Positions 42,603-53,148 are shown, counted from the first letter of the stretch. The stretch: DNA of 64,000 bases from an uncultured Oscillospiraceae bacterium (GCA_964550985.1 CAZKBM010000006.1:10642-74641); one strand, 5' to 3'. The notes: a model not told the origin generated them from the letters alone. A program made the numbers and translations.

Positions 42603-44684
42603 CTATTCTTGGTTGTCTCGCTTTTCGGCGTTCTCCTGGCCATTTTGCAGGGCGCTTCCGGTTTGCCCGGTGGGCAGGGCGCCGGCGTCCCCGGCCTCTT
42701 TAGCCTCTTTATTCGGGCTTTCGCTCTCGCCCCCTTCAAAAGCTTCGCGCACAGCCTCTACCGCTTCGCGCTTGTCCTCGTCCAGCGGGGCTTCGGCCCC
42801 TTCTAAAACTTTATCAAAATACACCTTATCCTCGGGGTCAATGGGTGGCAGGCTGCCGCCCTCCATCAGGGTTCTAAACTCGTCCCCGCTGATTTTTTCC
42901 CGCTCCAGCAAATTCGAGGCAATGAGGTGCAGCTTGTCAATATGTTCCTGCAAAATGATCTCACAGCCCTCAAAGGCATTGTCCAGCAGGTCGCGCACTT
43001 CTGCGTCAATCTCGCTGGCAACCGCCTCAGAGTAATTGCGGCTATGGCCGAGGTCTCTGCCCAAAAAGGTCTCTCCGGGATCCTCCCCGTAGACCACCGG
43101 GCCCAGTTTTTCAGAAAACCCGTAGCGCGTAACCATGGCGCGGGCAAGGCCGGTAGCGCGCTCTAAATCGTTGGAAGCACCCGTGGAAATATCATCCAGC
43201 ACGAGTTTTTCGGCCACGCGGCCACCCAGCATCGAGACCAGATTTTCCCGCATCTGGGTACGCGTGCGGAACTGCACATCCTCCTCGGGGCGGTACATGG
43301 TAAAACCGCCCGCCGGCCCATGCGGGATGATGGTGATTTGATGCACCGGGTCACTGGTGGGGAGGTAATAGGCGGCAATGGCGTGGCCCCCCTCGTGGTA
43401 GGCCGTCAAGCGCCGCTCTTTGTCCGTCACCACACGGCTGCGTTTTTCGGGGCCGGCCATCACCTTGATGCTGGCCTCTTCAATATCTGCCTCTGTAATG
43501 GCCTTGCGGCTTCTACGGGCGGCCAGCAGGGCAGCCTCGTTCACCAGGTTTTCTAAATCCGCCCCGGTGAAGCCGGGGGTGGTGCGGGCGATAATTTTTA
43601 AGTCCACGTCGGGCGCAAGGGGCTTTTGCCGGGTGTGTACCTGCAAAATCTGTTCGCGGCCCTTCACATCCGGTATGCCCACATAAATCTGCCTGTCAAA
43701 ACGGCCGGGGCGCAAAAGGGCCTTGTCCAAAATATCCGCCCGGTTTGTGGCGGCGGTTACAATTACGCCCTCGTTGCCCTCAAAACCGTCCATCTCAACC
43801 AGCAGTTGGTTCAGGGTTTGCTCGCGTTCATCGTGCCCGCCGCCAAGGCCTGCGCCACGCTGGCGGCCCACGGCGTCAATTTCATCGATAAACACGATAC
43901 AAGGCGATGTTTTTTTCGCTTTTTCAAATAAATCTCGCACGCGGGAAGCGCCCACGCCCACATACATCTCTACAAAATCTGAGCCGGAGATGGAGTAAAA
44001 CGGAACCCCGGCCTCGCCCGCGCAGGCGCGTGCCAGCAGGGTTTTACCCGTACCGGGCGGGCCCACCAGCAAAACGCCGTGGGGTATGCGCGCGCCCAGC
44101 ACGCTAAAGCGTTTGGGATTTTTTAGGAACTGTACAATCTCCTCCAGTTCCTCTTTTTCCTCGTCGGCGCCCGCCACATCTTTAAAGGTGGTTTTGCTCT
44201 TGTTTTCCGCCTGGTTTTTCACCTTGGCTTTGCCCACATTTAATGCGCCCTTGCCGCCGCCATCCCCCTGCATGAACATGAGGTAGTAGAAAAAGGCGCC
44301 CAGCCCCACCAGCAAAATGATGGAGGGCAGCACGTAGAACCAGATGGAATTGTCGCCGGAATATTTGAAGTCATACACCAGGGGTGCGTCGGGGTTTTTC
44401 TCGTTATAGCTATCGATATACTGTTGCAAATTATTTACAAACAGGTATTCGTAAGGCATTTCATACTTTTTGGTTTCCAGTTCCCCCGCCAGCTTATACT
44501 CCAAATTGCCATTGCCCGCGTCGAAGGTGAAACTTTCCACCTTGCCTTCTTCAAAATAGCCCACAATTTCTGAGTATTTTGCGCTGGCGGTTTGGGGCTG
44601 AAAGTTTGAGCGGAAGAAAAAAAACAAAAGCCCCAAAAACACCAGCAGCACAACAATATTAATAATGCGTGGTTTTTTGTTCAA
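42603..44684 (-). CDS. ftsH: ATP-dependent zinc metalloprotease FtsH
   Basis: Two TM helices, AAA+ ([25 protein letters not shown]), the HEGGHA zinc site, and an acidic/low-complexity C-tail. TTG start after an AGGAGG RBS. Confidence 0.97.
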   Translation of the reverse strand: MNKKPRIINIVVLLVFLGLLFFFFRSNFQPQTASAKYSEIVGYFEEGKVESFTFDAGNGNLEYKLAGELETKKYEMPYEYLFVNNLQQYIDSYNEKNPDAPLVYDFKYSGDNSIWFYVLPSIILLVGLGAFFYYLMFMQGDGGGKGALNVGKAKVKNQAENKSKTTFKDVAGADEEKEELEEIVQFLKNPKRFSVLGARIPHGVLLVGPPGTGKTLLARACAGEAGVPFYSISGSDFVEMYVGVGASRVRDLFEKAKKTSPCIVFIDEIDAVGRQRGAGLGGGHDEREQTLNQLLVEMDGFEGNEGVIVTAATNRADILDKALLRPGRFDRQIYVGIPDVKGREQILQVHTRQKPLAPDVDLKIIARTTPGFTGADLENLVNEAALLAARRSRKAITEADIEEASIKVMAGPEKRSRVVTDKERRLTAYHEGGHAIAAYYLPTSDPVHQITIIPHGPAGGFTMYRPEEDVQFRTRTQMRENLVSMLGGRVAEKLVLDDISTGASNDLERATGLARAMVTRYGFSEKLGPVVYGEDPGETFLGRDLGHSRNYSEAVASEIDAEVRDLLDNAFEGCEIILQEHIDKLHLIASNLLEREKISGDEFRTLMEGGSLPPIDPEDKVYFDKVLEGAEAPLDEDKREAVEAVREAFEGGESESPNKEAKEAGDAGALPTGQTGSALQNGQENAEKRDNQE

Positions 44685-44734
44685 GAAGTGTTGCCTCCTG
44701 TAAATTAGAACCGTGGTGCACGCCTTACAAAAGC

Positions 44735-45286
44735 CTAGGCATAGACCTCGGGTTTTAAAATGCCGATATAGGGGATGTTGCGGTATTTTTCGCCGTAATC
44801 CAGGCCATAGCCGATGATGAACTCATCCGGCACGGTAAAACCACAGTAGTCCGGCGTCACGTCGGCTTCCCTGCGGGAGGGTTTATCCAGTAAGGTGGCA
44901 ATGCGCACGCTGGCGGGGTTGCGCCCTTCCAGCAATTCCCGCAAGTAGTGCAGGGTTTTGCCGCTATCCAGGATATCTTCCACAATCAGCAGGTCTTTGC
45001 CCTCCAGGTCAATATCGATATCCTTGATGATTTTTACAACACCGCTGCTTTTGGTGCCGCTGCCATAGGAGGAAACGGCCATAAAATCGATGGCGGCGGG
45101 TATGGTGATGGCCCGCATTAAATCGGCCACAAACACCACCGAGCCCTTTAACACGCTGACCATTAAAAGGTTTTTTCCCTTGTAATCTCGGCTGATTTGC
45201 CCGCCGAGTTCGGCCACTTTTTCGGCAATCTGTTTTTCGTCCAGCAGTACCTTTTGTATGTCCGCCATCAGGTCGTGCTCTGCCAT
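44735..45286 (-). CDS. hpt: Hypoxanthine-guanine phosphoribosyltransferase
   Basis: [18 protein letters not shown] loop. 183 aa. Canonical tilS-hpt-ftsH synteny. Confidence 0.93.
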   Translation of the reverse strand: MAEHDLMADIQKVLLDEKQIAEKVAELGGQISRDYKGKNLLMVSVLKGSVVFVADLMRAITIPAAIDFMAVSSYGSGTKSSGVVKIIKDIDIDLEGKDLLIVEDILDSGKTLHYLRELLEGRNPASVRIATLLDKPSRREADVTPDYCGFTVPDEFIIGYGLDYGEKYRNIPYIGILKPEVYA

Positions 45287-45288
45287 GT

Positions 45289-46746
45289 TTAGCCCCCCGC
45301 TTCTTCCTTGCCCAAATATTCGGTGCAGATGTGCAGCTGCCTGCGGCTGTGTTGGGCAACCTGCACCTCGCTGCTAAAACCCGCCCCAAAAACCCACAGC
45401 ACCTGCCCGCTACCCGGCCTTGCCAAAAGTGGCAGGCGGCCACGCAGTTCCCGGTCAATCCCTTTTTCAATCATCCATTTTTTCAGGGTTTTTGTCCCCT
45501 GTCGCCCCGCTTCGGCAAAAAAATCGCCCTTACGGCGGGTGCGGATGACATACGGGTTCATTTTATCATAATCCGCCCAAAAGGTGTAGTCTTTTTTCTC
45601 TTTTTTTTGTTTTTCCCAAACGCATCCTGTAGCCTCTTCTATACAGGATGTGAGCACGTAGCCAAAAGGCAGGGGCTGTCGCCCCATTTTTGGGGCTTGC
45701 TCGGCTAAAAGTTCATCACCCGCGCCCCCATACAGAGCGGGGGGCACAAGCAAAAAACGCCCCCCGCTGCGGCGGGCCATCAGCCCGCCGGGTAGCTGCG
45801 CCATGCCTGCAACCCCGCTCAGCACCTCTTCCATTTGGCTTAGCGCTGTTCGGGTGGCCGCCCGGCCCAGCAGCGCGGCCAGGGCCCGCAGCCGTACCGG
45901 GGCGGGCAGCGCCAAAAGGGTTTCGGCGTCATAGCCCTGCAAAAACCAGCCCTCGGGTTTTTCACGGCCCTCGGCCAGCCGCCTTGCCTCTGCAAGGCCG
46001 GCCTGCGCCTGTTGCAGCAGCCAGGCGTCCAAGCTACGCATATCCTCAGCCAGGCGGCAAAGCGCTTTTTCCGCTCCGGGGTGGGCGGCTTCCAGCTCAG
46101 GCATCACCTGTAAACGCAGCCGGTTACGGCTGTAAATCAGTTCCTCGTTGCTAGCGTCTTGCCTGTAGGCATAACCCATTTGTTTGCAGTAAGCCCGCAC
46201 CTGCCCCCGCCCAAAGGCCAAAAGGGGGCGTATGTAGGGGCCCCGCACCGGCGGAATACCCGCAAGGCCCGCCGTAAAACTGCCGCGCGCCGCGTTAAAC
46301 AGCAGGGTTTCGGCATTATCACTGCCGGTGTGGCCGGTGGCCACCTTGGCATTTTGCAAAAAGGCCAGTTCGTCAAAAAAGGCATAGCGCAGCCGCCTGC
46401 CCCAGGCCTCGGCGCCCTCCCCTTTGGGTTTTGGCCGCAGGGCCATATCCGCCCGCCGCAGGTGCAGCGGCACGTCATTTGCCTCACACAGGCGGCGCAC
46501 AAAAGCTTCATCTTCCTCAGCAGCGGCCCCGCGCAGGCCGTGGTTCAGGTGGGCGGCCTGTAATTGAATGCCCAGCCCCAGGCGGTTTTTCAGCAGAAGA
46601 TGAAAAAGGGCCACCGAATCGGCCCCGCCTGAGAGGCCCACGATGACCCTATCCCCCGGCTGCAACATGGCGTGGCGCCGGATGGTGCTTAAAAAAAGTG
46701 CTTCTTCACCGCCGGTTTCTCTCATCTCTGCACCTTCTGCCCTCAC
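45289..46746 (-). CDS. tilS: tRNA(Ile)-lysidine synthetase
   Basis: PP-loop VGLSGGADS plus a C-terminal TilS substrate-binding domain. The start is either GTG 46746 (GTGA overlap with the dnaB stop) or ATG 46725. Confidence 0.88.
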   Translation of the reverse strand: MRAEGAEMRETGGEEALFLSTIRRHAMLQPGDRVIVGLSGGADSVALFHLLLKNRLGLGIQLQAAHLNHGLRGAAAEEDEAFVRRLCEANDVPLHLRRADMALRPKPKGEGAEAWGRRLRYAFFDELAFLQNAKVATGHTGSDNAETLLFNAARGSFTAGLAGIPPVRGPYIRPLLAFGRGQVRAYCKQMGYAYRQDASNEELIYSRNRLRLQVMPELEAAHPGAEKALCRLAEDMRSLDAWLLQQAQAGLAEARRLAEGREKPEGWFLQGYDAETLLALPAPVRLRALAALLGRAATRTALSQMEEVLSGVAGMAQLPGGLMARRSGGRFLLVPPALYGGAGDELLAEQAPKMGRQPLPFGYVLTSCIEEATGCVWEKQKKEKKDYTFWADYDKMNPYVIRTRRKGDFFAEAGRQGTKTLKKWMIEKGIDRELRGRLPLLARPGSGQVLWVFGAGFSSEVQVAQHSRRQLHICTEYLGKEEAGG

Positions 46747-48125
46747 TGGTGCCTGTAGTCGGTTTCAATAAAACGGGTGTGCGCACCGTCCCACTGCATA
46801 TCCACATTTGCGGTTTCCCCATGGCGGTTTTTGGCAATAATCACCTGGGCTGTGGAGGCGTCGGCCTCGGGGCTATCGTCATAATAAGCGTCACGGTACA
46901 GAAACATCACCACGTCGGCATCCTGTTCTATGGAGCCTGAATCGCGCAGGTCGCTCAAAACAGGGCGGTGATCCGCCCTGTTCTTTTCAGTACTACGCGA
47001 AAGCTGCGAAAGCGCCATCACGGGCACCTGCAGGTCTTTGGCCATAATTTTTAAATTCCGGGTAATCTCGCTGATCTCCTGCACGCGGTTTTCGCTGCGG
47101 CGGCCGGTGCTCATGAGCTGCAGGTAGTCAATAATCACCAGCCCCACCTTTTTCCCCCCAGCCGAGCGGGCCGAGCGGTTGATCTGCCGGATTTTGGACC
47201 GCATCTCGGAGATGGTGATGCCCGAGGTATCGTCGAGATAGATGGGCATCTTGCCCACCACCTCGGTCATCTGGGCCAAGTCCTCCCAAACGCTGTCGTC
47301 CTCCACCCCCTGGCGGAAAATTTTGCTATCCACCAGCGCCTTTGCCGAAAGGATACGCCCGGCAAGCTGATCCTTGGTCATCTCCAGGCTAAAAACCGCC
47401 ACGGGCACCTCTTTTTCGGCCACATTGGTGGCGATGTTGAGGGCAAAGCTGGTTTTGCCCATGCCGGGGCGAGCCGCCAGGATAATAAGGTCGGAGCGGC
47501 CCATGCCGGTGAGTTTTTTATCCAGGTAGGTAAAGCCCGTGGGGATGCCGAGGTAATCCTTGCGGTTGGGGCCCGAGAGATGCCCCAGGTGGCTCATAAT
47601 ATCAAAGATGGCAAATTTTAACTGCTGTACCTCTGAGGTATCCCGTCCCTCGCGGATATCATACAGGCGCTGCTCGGCGCTTTCCAGCATCAGCTGGCTC
47701 TCCACGTCGTCTCCGGCCTGCTCCAAAATTTCGCGCGCCTCTTCCATAAGCTGGCGCTTAATGTAGCGGTCGCGCACAATACCCACATAACTTGCCAGGT
47801 TGGAGATGGAGGGCACGGTATCGGCCAATTGGGCCAGGTAAGTTTTGGCCTCGGCCGCGCCGGCAAAGGCAGAATCATGGGCCAGGCGCTCGCAAAGCAG
47901 AACGGGGTCCACGGGCTGGCTTGTCTCCACCAGGGTTTGTATCTCGCCAAAAACCGCCCGGTTTTGCCGCACATGGAACATCTCGCTGCGCAAAGTTTGC
48001 AGCATTAAGTCCACGGCGCTTTGGTCCAAAAGCGCCGCGCCCAGTACACTCTGCTCGGCCGTCATGCTATAGGGCGGCTGTACGCCAAGGCTCTCCAGCG
48101 AAAGGCCCAGGTCTGCTTTTGCCAT
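46743..48125 (-). CDS. dnaB: Replicative DNA helicase (DnaB/DnaC-Bsu type)
   Basis: PPYSMTAEQSVLGA N-terminus, Walker A ARPGMGKTSF, Walker B VIIDYLQL, and an arginine finger region. Confidence 0.95.
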   Translation of the reverse strand: MAKADLGLSLESLGVQPPYSMTAEQSVLGAALLDQSAVDLMLQTLRSEMFHVRQNRAVFGEIQTLVETSQPVDPVLLCERLAHDSAFAGAAEAKTYLAQLADTVPSISNLASYVGIVRDRYIKRQLMEEAREILEQAGDDVESQLMLESAEQRLYDIREGRDTSEVQQLKFAIFDIMSHLGHLSGPNRKDYLGIPTGFTYLDKKLTGMGRSDLIILAARPGMGKTSFALNIATNVAEKEVPVAVFSLEMTKDQLAGRILSAKALVDSKIFRQGVEDDSVWEDLAQMTEVVGKMPIYLDDTSGITISEMRSKIRQINRSARSAGGKKVGLVIIDYLQLMSTGRRSENRVQEISEITRNLKIMAKDLQVPVMALSQLSRSTEKNRADHRPVLSDLRDSGSIEQDADVVMFLYRDAYYDDSPEADASTAQVIIAKNRHGETANVDMQWDGAHTRFIETDYRHQ

Positions 48126-48132
48126 CCGGGGC

Positions 48133-48576
48133 TTACTCCTCTACGCTACAGGTAAATTTTGCCACAATGCCTGGATACACCTTGGCCGTCACTTCATAAC
48201 GGCCAAAATCCTTAATTTCATGGGCCTCCACGCTCAGTTTACGCTTGTCAACCTCAATGCCCTTTTGGGCCAGAGCCACTGCGATATCCTTAATGGTAAC
48301 CGCGCCAAACAGCCGCCCGCTCTGCCCGCCTTTGGCGTGCAGCACAAGCGTACTGCCCTCAATCTTCGCGGCAAGCTCCACCGCGGCGGCCTTCTCCATC
48401 TCCTCATGGTGTTTGCGGCTGCTCTCTTTGGCTTTTACCTCATTCATGGCGGCGCTATCGGCCGCTATGGCAAGCCCACGGGGCAAAAGGTAGTTGCGCG
48501 CGTAACCGTCGCTCACCTCGTGCAGTTCGTCCTTCTTGCCCAGCTTTTTCACATCCTGTTTCAGCACAACCTTCAT
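48133..48576 (-). CDS. rplI: 50S ribosomal protein L9
   Basis: MKVVLKQDVKKLGKKDE..VSDGYARNYL, 147 aa. Confidence 0.95.
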   Translation of the reverse strand: MKVVLKQDVKKLGKKDELHEVSDGYARNYLLPRGLAIAADSAAMNEVKAKESSRKHHEEMEKAAAVELAAKIEGSTLVLHAKGGQSGRLFGAVTIKDIAVALAQKGIEVDKRKLSVEAHEIKDFGRYEVTAKVYPGIVAKFTCSVEE

Positions 48577-48719
48577 CGTATTCCGGCTCCTTTACCATGC
48601 TCCATTTAGGTTCCAATTCATCTGTGTGCCCCCATTATAACAAAAAGAGCCCCACGGGGGGAAGCCCTGCTGCAAAAAGCCCTTTGCCTGTGAGGCTTGT
48701 CTGTGGGATTTATCGTAAA

Positions 48720-50717
48720 TCAGGTTTTTCCCTTTTCGGCCCGGCTCTCCTCCTGCGCCCGCTCGGCCTGATACAGGGAGATCGCCTCAAAAATTTGGTT
48801 TTCAGCCTCTTCCAGGCTCACGTCATTCAGTTGGGCCCCGGCCATGGTCAAATGCCCGCCGCCGCCCAGTTTTTCCATAATCAACTGCACATTCACATCC
48901 CCCATGCTGCGGGCCGAAATGCGCACCGTGCCCTTTTGCATGATGGCCACCACGCTGGCCTCTACCCCTTCAATGCTCAGCAAATCGTTGGCGGCCTGGG
49001 GGGCCACCACCTCACACTCGAAGGGTATCTCATCGCTTACCACCACAGCGCAGCGGTCATGCACGCGGGCGCCCGCAACAAGCTGGGTACGGTAGAGGTA
49101 GTCATCCATAGAAACGGCGAAAAGGCGTTTCACGTTGTCGGTTTGGGCGCCCATACGGCGCAGGTAGGCCGCCGCCTCAAAGGTGCGCACCCCCACATGC
49201 AGCGAAAAGGTGCGCGTGTCCAGCATAATACCCGAGAGCAGCGCTTCGGCCTCCAGCGGCTGGGGACGGTCCTCTTTCCCCTCGCCCACATACTGCAAAA
49301 GTTCGCTCACCAGTTCGCTGGCGCTGGAGGCATAGGGTTCGTGATAAAACACGGCAGTATCATCTATATGGCCGGGTATCAAGCGGTGGTGGTCAATGAG
49401 TACCACATCCTTGCAGGCGGCAAACACCTCTGCGCTTTCCAAAAGGTAACGCATGTGGGTGTCCACAATAATCAGCAGGGTGCCCTCTTTGGCCAGTTGC
49501 TGGGCCTCGGTAGGGGTAATCATCTCATCGGCATAGCCCGCCTCGCTCAGTTCCTTCACCAGGTTGCCGGCCAGGTTCCGCCCGCGGTTTAACACAATAT
49601 GCGCGGGTTTTTTGCAAATTTTGCAAAAGCGCAGCATCCCCACGGCGGCGCCCAGGCTGTCCATATCGGCATTTTTGTGCCCCATAATCAGCACCTGCTT
49701 TGCCGTTGCCACATGCCCTTTAATGGCCGCCGCCACAATGCGGCTTTTTACCTTGCTGCGTTTTTCCACACTGCGGGATACGCCGCCAAAAAACTCATAC
49801 CCCTCGCCGCCGGCAACGGCGGCCTGGTCTCCCCCGCGGCCCAGCGCTATATCCAGCGCCTGCAGGGCCATCTCCTCACACTCTTTAAAGTCTTTTCCCT
49901 GCCGCCCTACCCCGATGGAAAGGGTGGAAAGCTGGCCCTCTTCATCTGCTTTGCGCACCTTATCCAAAATGTCAAAACGGTTTTTTATCATCTCGGCCAG
50001 ATGGCGTTCTTCCACCACGGCCAGATAGCGGGAATCGCTTACACGGCGCAAAAAGCCCGAGGCCTTGGCGATATAGCGCTCCAGTTCCACATCAATGGCC
50101 GAGACGATGCGTGCCCGCTCGCTCTCCCGCATCTCTTTGAGAATTTCGTTATAGGTATCAATGAGGATATAGAGAACGGCCGGGCGGCTGGCCAGATACT
50201 CATCGGCGCGGTGTTTTAGCTGGGTATCTTCCACAAACAGCACAAAATGCAGGGGAGATTCCCCTCCCACCAGGCTGCTGTAGGCAGAGTACCGCCGCTG
50301 GCCCAGTGTGATATCCTGCCCGCCGGGCTGCATGCAGGCCTCTCCGTCCAGCCCCGGCACAATTTTGTTCATCGGCAGGGAAACCATATCCACCCCTCCG
50401 GCAATCTCGGCCCGGAATGCCTTGTTGTACCACAAAATCAGCTTATCGCTCATCACGGCCACGGGGATGGAAAGCCCCGCCATACCGCTGCCTTCGGCAT
50501 CGGCAAGGCCGCGCTTGCCGTTTAACAGGCGGCGCAGCGCTTTGCGGAAACGGCCCAGGCTAAGGGCCACCAGCCCCATGGTTAACAAAGCGGCCAGGGC
50601 CACGGGCACCAGCAATATTGGCTTTAAATAGGCCACCACCAAAACCAGAGCTATACAGGCCACCAGCAGCACAAACATGGCCACATCGGCCGACCAAAAA
50701 AAACGCCTGTGCTTCAT
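48720..50717 (-). CDS. gdpP: GdpP/YybT-type membrane DHH-DHHA1 phosphodiesterase (c-di-AMP phosphodiesterase family)
   Basis: Two TM helices, a PAS-like and a degenerate GGDEF-like region, DHH motifs (HKNADMDSLG, VLIDHH) and GGGGH. Conserved gdpP-rplI-dnaB synteny. The second ATG (50717) is preferred from RBS spacing. Confidence 0.85.
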   Translation of the reverse strand: MKHRRFFWSADVAMFVLLVACIALVLVVAYLKPILLVPVALAALLTMGLVALSLGRFRKALRRLLNGKRGLADAEGSGMAGLSIPVAVMSDKLILWYNKAFRAEIAGGVDMVSLPMNKIVPGLDGEACMQPGGQDITLGQRRYSAYSSLVGGESPLHFVLFVEDTQLKHRADEYLASRPAVLYILIDTYNEILKEMRESERARIVSAIDVELERYIAKASGFLRRVSDSRYLAVVEERHLAEMIKNRFDILDKVRKADEEGQLSTLSIGVGRQGKDFKECEEMALQALDIALGRGGDQAAVAGGEGYEFFGGVSRSVEKRSKVKSRIVAAAIKGHVATAKQVLIMGHKNADMDSLGAAVGMLRFCKICKKPAHIVLNRGRNLAGNLVKELSEAGYADEMITPTEAQQLAKEGTLLIIVDTHMRYLLESAEVFAACKDVVLIDHHRLIPGHIDDTAVFYHEPYASSASELVSELLQYVGEGKEDRPQPLEAEALLSGIMLDTRTFSLHVGVRTFEAAAYLRRMGAQTDNVKRLFAVSMDDYLYRTQLVAGARVHDRCAVVVSDEIPFECEVVAPQAANDLLSIEGVEASVVAIMQKGTVRISARSMGDVNVQLIMEKLGGGGHLTMAGAQLNDVSLEEAENQIFEAISLYQAERAQEESRAEKGKT

Positions 50718-50837
50718 CTTAGCCCCCATTTCCCCTGTGGTGGTTGCCCCTGCTTGCCATACAAGTATCTAAAACAAACACGCCTTGGCAATGCCATGAG
50801 CATTCAAACAGCATTTTACGCGTTTTGCCCCGGCAAA

Positions 50838-52679
50838 TTACACTTCCAGTATCACCGGCAATATCATGGGGCTGCGCTTTGTACGCCGGTATAAAAGGCT
50901 AGAGGCCGTCTCCCGTATCCGGGTTTTCAGGCTGCCCACATCCCGGTAGGGTTCTTTTTCACTTTTACGCAAAATTTCCTCAACGGCCTTGCGGGTTTCC
51001 TCCAAAAGCTGCTCGCTATCCCGCACATACACAAACCCGCGCGAGAACAGTTCGGGCGGGGCGGCCAGCCGCCCGGTCTTCTTCTCAATGGAGGCGGCCA
51101 GCACCACAATGCCGTCTTGAGAGAGCAGGCGCCTGTCGCGCAGTACCACACTGCCCACATCGCCCACACCCAGGCCGTCCACCATCACGGCCCCGGCCTG
51201 GATGGGCTCCCCTTCACGGATGCCGTCTTTGGAGATAATGATGGTGTCGCCGGTGTCGGCCACAAAAATATTCTGTTTGGGAATGCCCGTAGCTTCGGCC
51301 GTTTGGGCGTGGCGTTTCAGATGCTTATACTCGCCGTGTACAGGGATAAAGTAGCGCGGCTTTACAAGGCTAAGCACCAGTTTTTGTTCCTCCTGGCAGG
51401 CATGGCCCGAGGCATGTACGTCGTACATGCGCTCGTAAATCACCTCAGCGCCCAAATGCAGCAGGCCGTTCACGGTTTTGGTCACCATTTTTTCGTTGCC
51501 AGGTATGGGCGTAGCCGAAATAATGATGAAATCCCCCTGGCCCACATGCACGTTGCGGTGGCTTCCACTGGCCATGCGCGAAAGGGCGGAGAGAGGCTCG
51601 CCCTGGCTGCCCGTAGTGATAAGCACCACCGATTCCGGCGGGCAACTGTTGATTTTGTCGATATCCAAAAAGACATCATCGGGGGCTTTGATATAGCCCA
51701 GTTCCCGGGCCATCTCGGTATTTTTTACCATGCTGCGGCCCGATATGGCCACCTTGCGCCCAAAACGTACAGCCAGCTCAATAATATGCTGGATGCGGTA
51801 GATATTGGAGGCGAAGGTGGCAATGATGATGCGCTGTTTTATGGCCCTTGCAAAAAGCGCCTGTATTCCATCGTTTACCTTGCTCTCAGACATCGTCATA
51901 CCCGGGCGCTCGGAGTTAGTGGAATCACTGAACAGGGCCAGCACCCCTTTTTTGCCGTAGGCGGCCAGGGTGGAAAGGTCAATCACCTGGCCGGAAAGGG
52001 GGGTGTAGTCAATTTTGAAGTCGCCGGTGTGAATCACCGTACCCGCCGGGGTTTCAATGGCGTAGGCCACGGCGTCTGGGATGCTGTGGTTTACGTTGAT
52101 GGGGTCAAAAACAAACTTGCCCAGGGTGAACTTTTCCCCCGGCGTTATCAGGTGCAATTCGGCGCTGCTGCGCAGGCCATGTTCTTCCAGTTTGTTCTCA
52201 ATCAGGCCTATGGTAAGGCGGGTTGCGTAAATGGGCAGGTTCATCTCCCGCAGCAGGTAAGGCAGCGCGCCAATATGGTCCTCGTGCCCGTGGGTAATCA
52301 CAATCCCCAGCAGTTTATCGCGGTTTTTTTCCACAAAGGTGAAGTCCGGTATCACAAGGTCAATACCAAACATCTCACTATCTGGGAAAAGGGAGCCGCA
52401 GTCCAGTATGAACATCTCATCTTCACATTCAAAGATGTTCATGTTTTTGCCCACTTCGCCCAGGCCCCCTAAGGGGTACACACGCAGGGCGGTGGCGGGT
52501 TTGCGCGGGATACGGCGGCGGGGCTGCGCCCCTCCCTGCGGGGTGGGGCGGCGGCCGGGGCCGGGGCCTTGCGTCTGTTTGCCGCCCGCACGCGTGGCGG
52601 GGCGGGCTGGCGAAGCCGGGCGGCTGCGCTCGGGCCGTTTTTTGCCTGGCTCCTGGGCATTATTCTGTTTTTGGTTCAA
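50838..52679 (-). CDS. rnj: Ribonuclease J with ~65-aa R/P/G-rich N-terminal extension
   Basis: GGLGEVGKNM, the beta-lactamase HxHxDH motif (THGHEDHIG), beta-CASP and a C-terminal domain. TTG start at 52679 follows a TGGAGTG RBS. No RBS-supported internal start occurs before the GGLGE motif. Confidence 0.93.
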   Translation of the reverse strand: MNQKQNNAQEPGKKRPERSRPASPARPATRAGGKQTQGPGPGRRPTPQGGAQPRRRIPRKPATALRVYPLGGLGEVGKNMNIFECEDEMFILDCGSLFPDSEMFGIDLVIPDFTFVEKNRDKLLGIVITHGHEDHIGALPYLLREMNLPIYATRLTIGLIENKLEEHGLRSSAELHLITPGEKFTLGKFVFDPINVNHSIPDAVAYAIETPAGTVIHTGDFKIDYTPLSGQVIDLSTLAAYGKKGVLALFSDSTNSERPGMTMSESKVNDGIQALFARAIKQRIIIATFASNIYRIQHIIELAVRFGRKVAISGRSMVKNTEMARELGYIKAPDDVFLDIDKINSCPPESVVLITTGSQGEPLSALSRMASGSHRNVHVGQGDFIIISATPIPGNEKMVTKTVNGLLHLGAEVIYERMYDVHASGHACQEEQKLVLSLVKPRYFIPVHGEYKHLKRHAQTAEATGIPKQNIFVADTGDTIIISKDGIREGEPIQAGAVMVDGLGVGDVGSVVLRDRRLLSQDGIVVLAASIEKKTGRLAAPPELFSRGFVYVRDSEQLLEETRKAVEEILRKSEKEPYRDVGSLKTRIRETASSLLYRRTKRSPMILPVILEV

Positions 52680-52836
52680 TCATGTCACTCCATTTCAAAA
52701 CAAATCCAAGCCCGCCCCATACTTAGGGGAGGCTTATTTTTTACCAAAGCGCATAAATACCCCCTGTGCCGGGGCTTTACGCTATGCGCACAGCGGGCGC
52801 CGACGGCACCCAAAACACGCATTTTAAGAACTATGT

Positions 52837-52872
52837 AAAAAAGGCAACCCTTCCACTGCGGGGGGCTTGCCC
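52837..52872 (-). terminator. Intrinsic terminator-like hairpin in the rnj upstream region (minus strand)
   Basis: Minus strand reads GGCAAGCCCC-loop-GGGTTGCC followed by TTTTTT, ~160 nt upstream of the rnj start and ~55-90 nt downstream of the candidate promoter at 52932-52960. Confidence 0.45.
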
Positions 52873-52931
52873 TGTTTCCCACAAAACATTGGCCTGGTTC
52901 TTTAAGCCATACCGAAGCCATTATCATTCCT

Positions 52932-52960
52932 AGTGTACTCGCAGCAGGGAGGTTTGTCAA
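52932..52960 (-). promoter_or_regulatory. Candidate sigma-A promoter reading toward rnj
   Basis: Minus strand reads TTGACA-17 nt-TACACT. Confidence 0.4.
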
Positions 52961-53029
52961 GCCAGTGCAGACGCTTGAAAGGGCCCCGGCTGAAAGGGCC
53001 CCTCAAACTCTCCCCTGCTCCTGTTTTTT
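52941..53029 (+). other. Long plus-strand hairpin followed by T6 (terminator-like) with an internal GAAAGGGCCCC direct repeat
   Basis: GCAGCAGGGAGGTTTG (52941-52956) pairs with CAAACTCTCCCCTGCTC (53004-53020). The inner sequence is GAAAGGGCCCCggctGAAAGGGCCCC. TTTTTT lies at 53024-53029. No plus-strand gene lies upstream. Confidence 0.4.
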
Positions 53030-53148
53030 GGGGCAAGGCCACCAGCCTGGCCGCACAAAGGCTTTCGGCGCAAACCAAAATATGATATGATAGTAAAATA
53101 CAAAACCCCACTATTGAATAAGAAACCGGGTGCAAAAGGAGAGAGAAC

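Noticed and set aside
52685-52960. 91-aa minus-strand ORF spanning the whole rnj leader and ending 5 nt before the rnj start
   Set aside because: Its composition is non-protein-like (Cys/Trp/Arg-rich) and it reads straight through a terminator hairpin. I know of no homology. A short leader peptide starting at ATGATAATG (after AGGA) cannot be fully excluded, but I do not call it.
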